A DNA stretch of 24,000 nucleotides from Spirochaetia bacterium. Lineage in GTDB: Bacteria > Spirochaetota > Spirochaetia > SZUA-6 > Fen-1364. The first letter of the stretch is position 1. Each line of letters starts with the position of its first letter. The notes under the pieces were generated by a model. It saw only the letters and a program-made list of their open reading frames with translations. It did not search any database and was not told where the DNA came from. This document shows positions 6,477-13,699 of the stretch, in pieces. Location: the NCBI GenBank assembly GCA_035542415.1, contig DATKLM010000116.1, positions 12,129 to 36,128 of the forward strand, given 5' to 3'. A program made the position numbers and the translations under genes.

Positions 6477-7903
6477 CCCCCGGGGGCCGCGCGGGCGCTC
6501 TGCCGCAGCTCGATGGAAAGGGGCACGGCGGGGAACCCCAGGTCCCGCCGGATGCAGTTCTCCAGGTAGGAAAGGTAGGAACGCGGAAAACCGCGGAGCT
6601 TGTTGACGAACACGACGAATCGAAGCGGGTTCGCGCCGATCTGCGCGGCGTAGCGGATCTTGTAGTTCTTCCCCCTCACCGGCAGCTTGTACCGCGTGAC
6701 CCATTCTTCCAACGCCTGGTTGAGACGCCCCGTCCCCACCCGGCGGTGCAGCTGCTGCCAGAGTCCCAGCGCCGTGTCCAGGAGGGACGTGATCCCGTAC
6801 CCAGTTACCGCGGACACCGCGGCGATGGGCGCGAAACCGAGCACGGGAAACTGGAACCGGACCCGGTCGCTGACCTCCGCCAGCAGGCCGGGAGTCTTTT
6901 TGAGCAGGTCCCACCGGCTCAGCGTCAGCACGATCCCCCGGCCGGCCTTGATGGCCTGCGCCGCGATCTTTTTGTCCTGGTCCGCCAGGCCCTCCGCGGC
7001 ATCGATCATGAGAAATACAATGTCCGCCCGATCGATGCTCTCTATGGCGCGGTTCACGGAGTAGTATTCAACGGAGTCGGTGACCCGGCTCTTCCGCCTG
7101 ATGCCCGCCGTATCGAGCACCTCGAACTGCCGTCCTTTGTACTCGAAGCGCCCCGCCACAACGTCCCGCGTCGTCCCCGGCGACGGGGAAACGATGGAAC
7201 CTTCGCTGCCGGTCAGCTTGTTGGCAAGGCTGGACTTCCCCGTGTTCGGCTTTCCCAGGATGGCGATGCGGACCGGGCCGCGGGCGGACGCGCGCGGCGA
7301 TTCGGCGGGCGCCTCCTCCGGCGGCAGAAGCTCCGGCGTCTGCCGCTTCGGCCGCTGAGGCTCCGCCGACGCCCGTTCCTGGACGAGGGAGGCGATGAGC
7401 TCCTTCAGCTCGGGGAGGTTCCTTCCGTGCGCCGACGAAACTCCGAAGACTCGCGGGAACCCGTGCGCGTGGGCATTCCACACGAGGGCGTCCTTGTCGG
7501 GAGTGTCGACCTTGTTCACCACGAGGAGCAGCTTCTCCGACAGCGGCCTCAGGCGCGCCATGAAGTCCTCGTCCTCCGCCGTGATATCAGCGGCGTCCAG
7601 GACGAGCAGGACGAGGTCCGCGCCGCGCGCGCTTTCCAGGCTCCTCTCGGAGACGATCCGGTCCAGGTTTCCGCTCCCGCCGCTCACGGCGGTGAATCCC
7701 CCGGTATCGATGAGGGAGACGCGAAGCCCGCCGAGCACGCAGGTTTCCTCCACCGGGTCCCGCGTGACCCCCGGAGTGGAATGCGTGATGGCGCGCCTCT
7801 TTCCCACGAGCGCATTGAAAAGCGTGGACTTCCCGACGTTCGGCCGGCCGAGGATTGCCACCCGGGGAAGGGCGGTGCTCACCCTACCAGGAGGAGAAGC
7901 CAA
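6461..7903 (-). CDS. der: Ribosome-associated GTPase Der/EngA (tandem GTPase domains plus KH-like C-terminal domain)
   Basis: Two P-loops, VAILGRPNVGKSTLFNAL and IAILGKPNTGKSSLANKL, each followed by DTGG/DTAG and NKxD (NKVD). C-terminal KH-like region ...IRYAAQIGANPLRFVVFVN... The start is TTG at 7903-7901, with GGAGGAG (7914-7908) 4 nt upstream. It overlaps the ptsI 3' end by 20 nt. Confidence 0.93.
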   Translation of the reverse strand: MASPPGRVSTALPRVAILGRPNVGKSTLFNALVGKRRAITHSTPGVTRDPVEETCVLGGLRVSLIDTGGFTAVSGGSGNLDRIVSERSLESARGADLVLLVLDAADITAEDEDFMARLRPLSEKLLLVVNKVDTPDKDALVWNAHAHGFPRVFGVSSAHGRNLPELKELIASLVQERASAEPQRPKRQTPELLPPEEAPAESPRASARGPVRIAILGKPNTGKSSLANKLTGSEGSIVSPSPGTTRDVVAGRFEYKGRQFEVLDTAGIRRKSRVTDSVEYYSVNRAIESIDRADIVFLMIDAAEGLADQDKKIAAQAIKAGRGIVLTLSRWDLLKKTPGLLAEVSDRVRFQFPVLGFAPIAAVSAVTGYGITSLLDTALGLWQQLHRRVGTGRLNQALEEWVTRYKLPVRGKNYKIRYAAQIGANPLRFVVFVNKLRGFPRSYLSYLENCIRRDLGFPAVPLSIELRQSARAAPGGKRET

Positions 7904-9605
7904 GGCGCTCCTCCATCCACCGCCGCACGGCCGTCTCGATCTCCGCCCCCGAGCTCATGGGGATGAGGCCGCGGACGAACGCCTCCACTTCCATGACGCC
8001 GACGGAACGGATGATCCGCTTGATGAGCGGAATCCCGATGGGGCCCATGGAGAAGCTGTCCAGGCCGAGGCCGAGAAGGACGATGGTGGCCAGGGGATCA
8101 CCCGCCATCTCTCCGCACATTCCCACCGGAATGCCGCGCGCGTGGGCGTTCTCGATGGTCATGCGGACCAGGCGCAGGACTCCCGGATGGAAAGGTTCAT
8201 AGAGGTAGGCGACGCGCTGGTTCCCGCGGTCCACGGCGAGCGAATACTGGATCAGGTCGTTCGTACCAATGGAAAAGAAGTCCGCGCGCGCGGCCAGGAT
8301 GTCAGAGGTCATGGCAGCGGACGGCACCTCGATCATGATGCCGATGGGGATGTCCTCCCGGAAGCTGACCTTCTCCCGGCGCAGCTCCTCTCTCACCTCG
8401 CCGAGCATTGTGTTGATCCGGGCCAGCTCCTCCGCTCCCGAGATGAGGGGAAACATGATGCGCAGGCTGCCGTGGACGGAGGAGCGCAGAAGCGCGCGGA
8501 GCTGGAGACGGAACAGCTCGGGCCGCGAGAGGCAGAAGCGGACGGCGCGCCAGCCCAGGAGAGGATTCGCGTCGGTCTCCAGGGAAATGCCGGGCATCAC
8601 CTTGTCGCCCCCGAGGTCCAGGGTACGGATCGTGACGCTCTTTCCGCGCATGGCCTTGAGCACCGAGCTGTACGCCTGGTACTGGTCTTCTTCCGTGGGG
8701 AACCGGTTGGGCTGGAGGAACAGGAACTCCGAGCGGAACAGACCAATGCCGTCTCCCCCGTGGGTGAGGACGGAATCCACCTCGTCGGGAGTCTCGATGT
8801 TCGCCTCGATGGACACGAGCTTCCCGTCCATGGTCTCCGCCGGCAGCTCCCGCAGCTCCTTGAGAATGGCATACTTGCGCGCCCATTCACGCTTGCGCTC
8901 CTCGTACCGGGCGCGCGTGGCGTCATCCGGATTGACGATGACCGCTCCGGCGGTGCCGTCCACGATCACCTCGTCCCCGTTCTTCACGTGCCTGCTGATA
9001 TCGGAAAGACCGAGAACGGCCGGAATCTCGCTGGAGCGGGCCAGGATGGCCGTGTGGGAAGTCTTGCCCCCGACGTCCGCGGCGATGCCCAGGACGAGAG
9101 TCGGGTCGAGACCGAGCGTATCGGACGGCATGAGGTTGTGTGTGACAAGGATGACCTGCTCCCGCACGTCGGACAGCCGCGCCTTGGGTCGGTAGAGGAG
9201 ATGGCCCAGGATCCTCGTGCCGGCATCGCTGAAATCGATGGTGCGTTCCCGCAGGTACTGGCTGTCCGATGCGGCAAGTTTCCCGGACATTTCCTCGATG
9301 ATCTGCACGAGAACCCACTCCACGTTGGAGCGCGCCTCCTGCAGAGCGGTCCGGACCCGGCTCTTGAGATCGGGGTCGTCGAACATGAGGATCTGCGCCT
9401 CGAAGAGTTTCGCCTCCCGTCCTTTTGCGAGGGCTTTCACTTCGTCAGAGGCCTGGCGGAGAGCGGTCAGAAACCGTTCGTTCTCGTGATCGACCTGGGA
9501 GGCTGGGATTTCGTAATGAGGAATCGTGGGCTTGTCTTCGATGAACAGGAATGCCCTGCCCCGGGCAATGCCGGGAGAAGCGCTGATTCCCACGAACTCC
9601 ATCAT
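7884..9605 (-). CDS. ptsI: Phosphoenolpyruvate-protein phosphotransferase, PTS Enzyme I
   Basis: Active-site His motif GGKTSHTAILARS, PEP-utilizer C-terminal motif GMCGEMAGDP, and N-terminus MMEFVGISASPGIARGRAFLF, which matches the canonical EI start (M..GI.ASPGIA.G). I place the start at ATG 9605 or 9602 rather than the track start 9626, which lies inside the promoter spacer (see promoter feature). Confidence 0.93.
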   Translation of the reverse strand: MMEFVGISASPGIARGRAFLFIEDKPTIPHYEIPASQVDHENERFLTALRQASDEVKALAKGREAKLFEAQILMFDDPDLKSRVRTALQEARSNVEWVLVQIIEEMSGKLAASDSQYLRERTIDFSDAGTRILGHLLYRPKARLSDVREQVILVTHNLMPSDTLGLDPTLVLGIAADVGGKTSHTAILARSSEIPAVLGLSDISRHVKNGDEVIVDGTAGAVIVNPDDATRARYEERKREWARKYAILKELRELPAETMDGKLVSIEANIETPDEVDSVLTHGGDGIGLFRSEFLFLQPNRFPTEEDQYQAYSSVLKAMRGKSVTIRTLDLGGDKVMPGISLETDANPLLGWRAVRFCLSRPELFRLQLRALLRSSVHGSLRIMFPLISGAEELARINTMLGEVREELRREKVSFREDIPIGIMIEVPSAAMTSDILAARADFFSIGTNDLIQYSLAVDRGNQRVAYLYEPFHPGVLRLVRMTIENAHARGIPVGMCGEMAGDPLATIVLLGLGLDSFSMGPIGIPLIKRIIRSVGVMEVEAFVRGLIPMSSGAEIETAVRRWMEERLGFSSW

Positions 9606-9613
9606 GCGCGCAG

Positions 9614-9642
9614 AGTATAGCCGCATTCAATGGGCATGTCAA
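9614..9642 (-). promoter_or_regulatory. Sigma70-type promoter for ptsI: TTGACA, 17 nt, TATACT; predicts a leaderless or near-leaderless mRNA
   Basis: Minus strand reads ggtTTGACAtgcccattgaatgcggcTATACTctgcgcgcATGATGGAG. The -35 is at 9642-9637 and the -10 at 9619-9614. Only 8 nt separate the -10 from the ATG at 9605, and there is no SD in between. Confidence 0.55.
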
Positions 9643-9670
9643 ACCAACCGATCATCTAGGGAAGAGAGTC

Positions 9671-10456
9671 ATGGCCGCAAAACGTTCCTCACGCGCGAAA
9701 TCCTCCAACCTCCGGAGCCGGGGAATCGGCTGCCTGTTCTGGATCTGCCTCCTGGCCATCATCGTCGCGGTGGGGTACGTCGCGCGCGCGCAGATCGCGG
9801 ATACTTTTTCCCGCCTCTTCGGAGGAAAGCAGCAAACCGGCGCCGTGCAGCAGCAGCCGCACGTCACCACCGCTCCCCTTCCCCCGGGAGAGACGCCGGC
9901 GCGGGACAGCGCGCGGGATGCGGCCCCCCCGGCCGGGGCTCCGACATCCGGCATGCCGGCCGCGCCGGGAGCGCCGGAGGGGAAAACCGTCGTACAGACG
10001 CCGCCGGCACAGCCCCCGGAGAAGCCAGCGCTCAGAAAGACGCGCCTGTTCTTCATCTCCGTTGACCCGAACGGAAAGATCCTCATGAAGGGGGTCATCC
10101 GCCCCATTCCGCAGAGCGACTCTCCGCTTCATGACGCGCTGGAGACGCTGCTCAAGGGTCCCACGTCCCAGGAAATCAACCTCGGCCTCATGACGATGGT
10201 CCCCTCCGGAACGATTCTTCGCGGCGTGACGGTGAAGGGAGACACGGCGTTCGTGGACTTCAGCGAGAGCTTCCGGTTCAACTCCCTGGGGATCGAGGGG
10301 ATGACGGCGCAGCTGCGCCAGGTGGTGTACGCGGCCACGGATTTCCCGACCGTGAAGAAGGTTCAGATTCTCATCGAAGGAAAGAAAGTCGTGTACCTCG
10401 GCACCGAGGGCGTCCGCATCGACCAGCCCCTGGCCCGGTCATCCTTCGCGAACTAG
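9671..10456 (+). CDS. Membrane-anchored GerMN (Germane) domain protein
   Basis: ATG 9671 preceded by GGGAAGAGAG. N-terminal TM GIGCLFWICLLAIIVAVGYV, then a Pro/Ala-rich linker. The GerMN-type pattern is LFFISVDPNGKILMKGVIRPIPQSDSPLHDALETLLKGPTSQEINLGLMTMVPSGTILRGVTVKGDTAFVDFSESF... This is the only credible plus-strand gene in the window. Confidence 0.8.
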   Translation: MAAKRSSRAKSSNLRSRGIGCLFWICLLAIIVAVGYVARAQIADTFSRLFGGKQQTGAVQQQPHVTTAPLPPGETPARDSARDAAPPAGAPTSGMPAAPGAPEGKTVVQTPPAQPPEKPALRKTRLFFISVDPNGKILMKGVIRPIPQSDSPLHDALETLLKGPTSQEINLGLMTMVPSGTILRGVTVKGDTAFVDFSESFRFNSLGIEGMTAQLRQVVYAATDFPTVKKVQILIEGKKVVYLGTEGVRIDQPLARSSFAN

Positions 10457-11221
10457 GCGCTCTACATCCCCGCTTCCAAGCAGAGGCGGCCCCGACCGAA
10501 GCAGGAACAGGAGCTCGCGGTTCCCCCTGCGTCCGCGGATCGGCGACAGGAGCGCCTTCTCCACTCCGACCCCCTCGGCGGCAAGCGCGTCGATCAGCTC
10601 GTTCACGATGCCGACTACCGCGTCAGGCTCCCTGACCACGCCGGTGAAATCCGGGGGCGGGGACTTCCATTCGAATTGCGGCTTGACGAGGAAGATCCCC
10701 CAGGACTCGGATACAAGGCTGAGCAGATGGGCGGCGGCTCGGCGCAGGGATCGGAAGGAGAGGTCCGCGGCTACACACCGCGGACCCGGATCGAAGCTGT
10801 CCGGCCGCAGGTCCATCACGTTCGTCCCCTCCATGGGCTTCACTCGCGCGTCCCCGCGCAGGCGGACGTCGAGCTGGTTCACCCCGACGTCCACCGCGTA
10901 CACGAGGGATGCGCCGCGCTGAAGGAGACAGTCGGTAAAGCCGCCCGTGGAGCAACCGGCGTCGATCCACACCGAGCCGGCGCAGGAAACTCCCCAGGCA
11001 TCGATGGCGTGGGCGAGCTTCTCTCCGCCGCGCGAGACGAACGCGGGCGGGACGCGCGAGCTGACGCGGGCATCCGCGGCCACACGGAGGCCGGGCTTCA
11101 TGACGCGCTCACCGTTCACGATGATGTCGCCCCGAAGCACCTGCGCGAAGAGCTCCTTTTCCGGACGCCCGGGGTACGCTGACTTGAGCAGATCGATGAG
11201 GGGGACCCGCCGCGGCTTCAT
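10439..11221 (-). CDS. tlyA: TlyA-family rRNA 2'-O-methyltransferase (S4 domain plus FtsJ-like methyltransferase; historically 'hemolysin A')
   Basis: MKPRRVPLIDLLK...VLRGDIIVNGERVMKPG is the S4-like part. FVSRGGEKLAHAIDAWGV...WIDAGCSTGGFTDCLLQRGASLVYAVDVG is the SAM-binding part. ATG at 11221-11219 overlaps the ymdB TGA (11220-11218) as ATGA. The track start 11281 is an upstream extension into ymdB. Confidence 0.88.
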   Translation of the reverse strand: MKPRRVPLIDLLKSAYPGRPEKELFAQVLRGDIIVNGERVMKPGLRVAADARVSSRVPPAFVSRGGEKLAHAIDAWGVSCAGSVWIDAGCSTGGFTDCLLQRGASLVYAVDVGVNQLDVRLRGDARVKPMEGTNVMDLRPDSFDPGPRCVAADLSFRSLRRAAAHLLSLVSESWGIFLVKPQFEWKSPPPDFTGVVREPDAVVGIVNELIDALAAEGVGVEKALLSPIRGRRGNRELLFLLRSGPPLLGSGDVERLVREG

Positions 11222-12027
11222 ACCGCGGAGAGCTGGCGGATCCTTTCGATGCGCACCGCTTTGCCGCTGGACGGGTCGCACTCGATGAACACTCCCCAGA
11301 TCTCCGCCGCGGAGTTCTGCACTTCCATTTTCAGGGGCATCTGCGTGAGGCTGCGGCTCAGCGCGGTTTCACGGCGCATGCCGATGACGCTGTCCGTGGG
11401 CCCCGTCATCCCGATGTCGGTGATGTAGGCGGTTCCGCCGGGAAGGATCCTCTCATCCGCGGTCTGCACGTGCGTGTGTGTGCCGATCACCGCGGTGGCC
11501 TCCCCATCGAAGGACAGCCCGAGGGCCTCCTTTTCCTCCACGGCCTCGGCGTGGAAGTCCACGATGGACACCCGCGCCCGCCCCCGGTACTGCTTCAGGA
11601 TCGACTTGCCCACCTGGATAGGGTCCCGCAGGGGGGAGAGGTTCACCCTGCCCTCGAGGTTCACCACGAGCACCGGAATGTCCCGCGCGGTGACGATGCA
11701 GTGGCCCTTGCCGGGGATGGCGTCGGGCCCGGAGATCACGGGGTAGTTTTCCGGCCGCAGGAGCGTGTCGCTCGTCTTGAGCATTGGGTAGATTTCATGC
11801 TTCTGCCAGATGTGGTTGCCGGAAGTGATGACGTGGACACCGGATTTGAACATCCGCTCGGCAATCTCGGGAGTCAGGCCGAAGCCGTCCGCGGCGTTCT
11901 CCCCGTTGGCAATGACGAGGTCCGCGTGGAAACGCCGCGCGAGATCCGGCAGGCCGACAAAGAGGGCCCTGCATCCCGGCTGACCGACGATGTCTCCCAG
12001 GACGAGGACCCTCAGGTTTTCGGACAC
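11218..12027 (-). CDS. ymdB: YmdB-like metallophosphoesterase (2',3'-cyclic-nucleotide phosphodiesterase family, TIGR00282-like)
   Basis: LRVLVLGDIVGQPG, ANGENAADGFGLT, TSGNHIW, DFHAE, GTHTHVQTADERIL. GTG start at 12027 with GAGGG upstream. It lies directly downstream of rny, as in Bacillus. Confidence 0.88.
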   Translation of the reverse strand: MSENLRVLVLGDIVGQPGCRALFVGLPDLARRFHADLVIANGENAADGFGLTPEIAERMFKSGVHVITSGNHIWQKHEIYPMLKTSDTLLRPENYPVISGPDAIPGKGHCIVTARDIPVLVVNLEGRVNLSPLRDPIQVGKSILKQYRGRARVSIVDFHAEAVEEKEALGLSFDGEATAVIGTHTHVQTADERILPGGTAYITDIGMTGPTDSVIGMRRETALSRSLTQMPLKMEVQNSAAEIWGVFIECDPSSGKAVRIERIRQLSAV

Positions 12028-12044
12028 GCGCCCTCAGCCCGCCC

Positions 12045-13574
12045 TCAACGGGCGTACTCCACGACGCGCATCTCCCGGATGATCGTGACCTTGATCCTGC
12101 CCGGATACTTCAGCTCCGTCTCGATCCGCTTGGCGATGCCCTTGGCGAGCTCCTTGGCCTGCTCGTCACTGATCTTCTCATTGTTGACGAGGATGCGAAG
12201 CTCGCGGCCCGCCTGGATGGCGTAGGCCTTGTCGACCCCTTCGAAGTCCTCCGCGATGGCCTCGAGGTTCTCCAGGCGCTTGAGATAGTTGTCCAGGGTC
12301 TCCTTGCGCGCGCCGGGCCGGGAGGCGGAGATGGCGTCCGCGATCTGCACGACGACCGCCTCCACGCTCTCGGGCTCCACGTCTCCGTGGTGCGCGCCGA
12401 TGGCGTTGATGACCCGCGCGTCCTCACCGAGCTTGCGCGCGAGCTCCATGCCCACCTCGATGTGGTTGCCGTCCCCGTCCGTTTCTACGCCTTTCCCGAT
12501 GTCGTGGAGAAGGGCCGCCCGCTTGGCCAGGTCCACGTTCGCCCCGATCTCCGCGGCGAGCATGCCGGCGATGAGCGCCACCTCCTTCGAATGGGCGAGG
12601 ACGTTCTGCCCGTAGCTCGTGCGGTAATGGAGACGGCCAAGGGTCCGGATGGCCTCGGGGCTCATCGTGTGGATTCCCACCTCGAAGAGCACCCGCTCGC
12701 CTTCCTCGTAAATGGTCTGGGCGATCTCCTTGCCGACCTTCTGGACGATCTCCTCGATCCGCGCGGGGTGGATGCGCCCGTCGGAGATGAGGCGGCTCAG
12801 CGCCGTCTTGGCGATCTCCCGGCGGATGGGATCGAAGCAGGAGATGACGACCGCCTCGGGCGTGTCGTCGATGATGATGTCCACGCCGGTCAGTGTCTCC
12901 AGCGTGCGGATGTTGCGGCCCTCGCGGCCGATGATGCGGCCTTTCATCTCGTCATTCGGCAGGCTCACCGTGGTGACGGTGACCTCCGAGGCGACGTCCG
13001 TGGCAAGACGCTGGATCGTCGTAACGAGGATGTCGCGCGCCTTGCGGTCCGCGCTGAGCTTCGCCTCCTGCTCGATGACGTTGATCGTGACCTGGGCGTC
13101 GTGTCGGGCCTCGTTCTCGAGGCTCTGTATAAGCAGCTTCTTGGCCTCCGCCCTGGTAAGGCCCGAGATTCTTTCCAGCTCTGCGGCTATCCGCTCGCTT
13201 TCCTGCTGCAGTGCCGCTTCCTGTTCCGCGGCTCCCCTCTCCCGGTTGCTGATTGCCCTCTCTTGTTTTTCAAGAGACTCAATGCGCTTTTCTAGGTTTT
13301 CTTCCTTCTGAAGGAGGCGTCTTTCGGTGCGCTGGAGCTCGATTCGGCGCTCCCGCGACTCTTTTTCCAGCGTGTTCCGCTCCCGCAACAGCTGGTCCTT
13401 GCTCTCAAGTATCGCCTCTTTCTTCTTTGCTTCCGCTTCTCTTAAGGCCTCCGTGACGATTCTCGTCGCCCTTTGCTCTGCCGATGAAAGCTGAAAACGT
13501 GCGTAAAGCCATCGAATTAGCCAACCTAGAAATAAACCGGCGAGAGGAAGAATGAAGTACGCCAGAGTGCTCAT
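12045..13574 (-). CDS. rny: Ribonuclease Y (N-terminal membrane anchor, coiled coil, KH and HD domains)
   Basis: [24 protein letters not shown] anchor, K/E-rich coiled coil, KH motif [26 protein letters not shown], and HD motif HSKEVA...LLHDIGK. I place the start at ATG 13574 because GGAGGAAG sits 4 nt upstream. The track GTG at 13586 is itself part of that SD. Confidence 0.95.
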   Translation of the reverse strand: MSTLAYFILPLAGLFLGWLIRWLYARFQLSSAEQRATRIVTEALREAEAKKKEAILESKDQLLRERNTLEKESRERRIELQRTERRLLQKEENLEKRIESLEKQERAISNRERGAAEQEAALQQESERIAAELERISGLTRAEAKKLLIQSLENEARHDAQVTINVIEQEAKLSADRKARDILVTTIQRLATDVASEVTVTTVSLPNDEMKGRIIGREGRNIRTLETLTGVDIIIDDTPEAVVISCFDPIRREIAKTALSRLISDGRIHPARIEEIVQKVGKEIAQTIYEEGERVLFEVGIHTMSPEAIRTLGRLHYRTSYGQNVLAHSKEVALIAGMLAAEIGANVDLAKRAALLHDIGKGVETDGDGNHIEVGMELARKLGEDARVINAIGAHHGDVEPESVEAVVVQIADAISASRPGARKETLDNYLKRLENLEAIAEDFEGVDKAYAIQAGRELRILVNNEKISDEQAKELAKGIAKRIETELKYPGRIKVTIIREMRVVEYAR

Positions 13575-13606
13575 ATCTTCCTCCACTCGCGTGCTATGTA
13601 AAAGAC

Positions 13607-13635
13607 AGCTTAAATCACATGAGCCGGTTTGTCAA
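13607..13635 (-). promoter_or_regulatory. Sigma70-type promoter for rny-ymdB-tlyA: TTGACA, 17 nt, TAAGCT
   Basis: Minus strand reads cccTTGACAaaccggctcatgtgattTAAGCTgtcttttacatagcacgcgaGTGGAGGAAGATATG. It lies in the only clearly AT-rich intergenic gap of the window (13575-13699). Confidence 0.55.
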
Positions 13636-13699
13636 GGGAAGCCTTTTGGCGTTGATCTGGGATATCACGAAGAGTTTCGTATCATATTGATGTAAAAGG

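Noticed and set aside
7880-7882. GTG at 7882 as an alternative der start just after the ptsI stop
   Set aside because: No correctly spaced SD precedes it (GGTAGG abuts the GTG). TTG 7903 has GGAGGAG 4 nt upstream. I kept 7903, but the alternative cannot be excluded without N-terminal data.
6296-9620. Plus-strand ORFs 6296-7966 (556 aa) and 7395-9620 (741 aa)
   Set aside because: They are antisense to der and ptsI, whose identities are unambiguous from catalytic motifs. The plus-strand translations are R/G/P/D-rich with no motifs.
9606-9626. Longest-ORF start of ptsI (ATG 9626, MRLYSAR...)
   Set aside because: It lies within the 17-nt spacer of a consensus promoter, and the extension has no counterpart in Enzyme I N-termini.
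9627-9670. Looked for ptsH (HPr), a small ORF, or a plus-strand promoter for the GerMN gene in the divergent gap
   Set aside because: The gap is only 44 bp and contains no ORF. I could not find a convincing plus-strand -35/-10 pair, so none is reported.
12289-13456. Plus-strand ORFs 12289-12615, 12387-13295, 12712-13311, 13253-13456
   Set aside because: They are antisense shadows of rny, whose KH and HD motifs are unambiguous on the minus strand.
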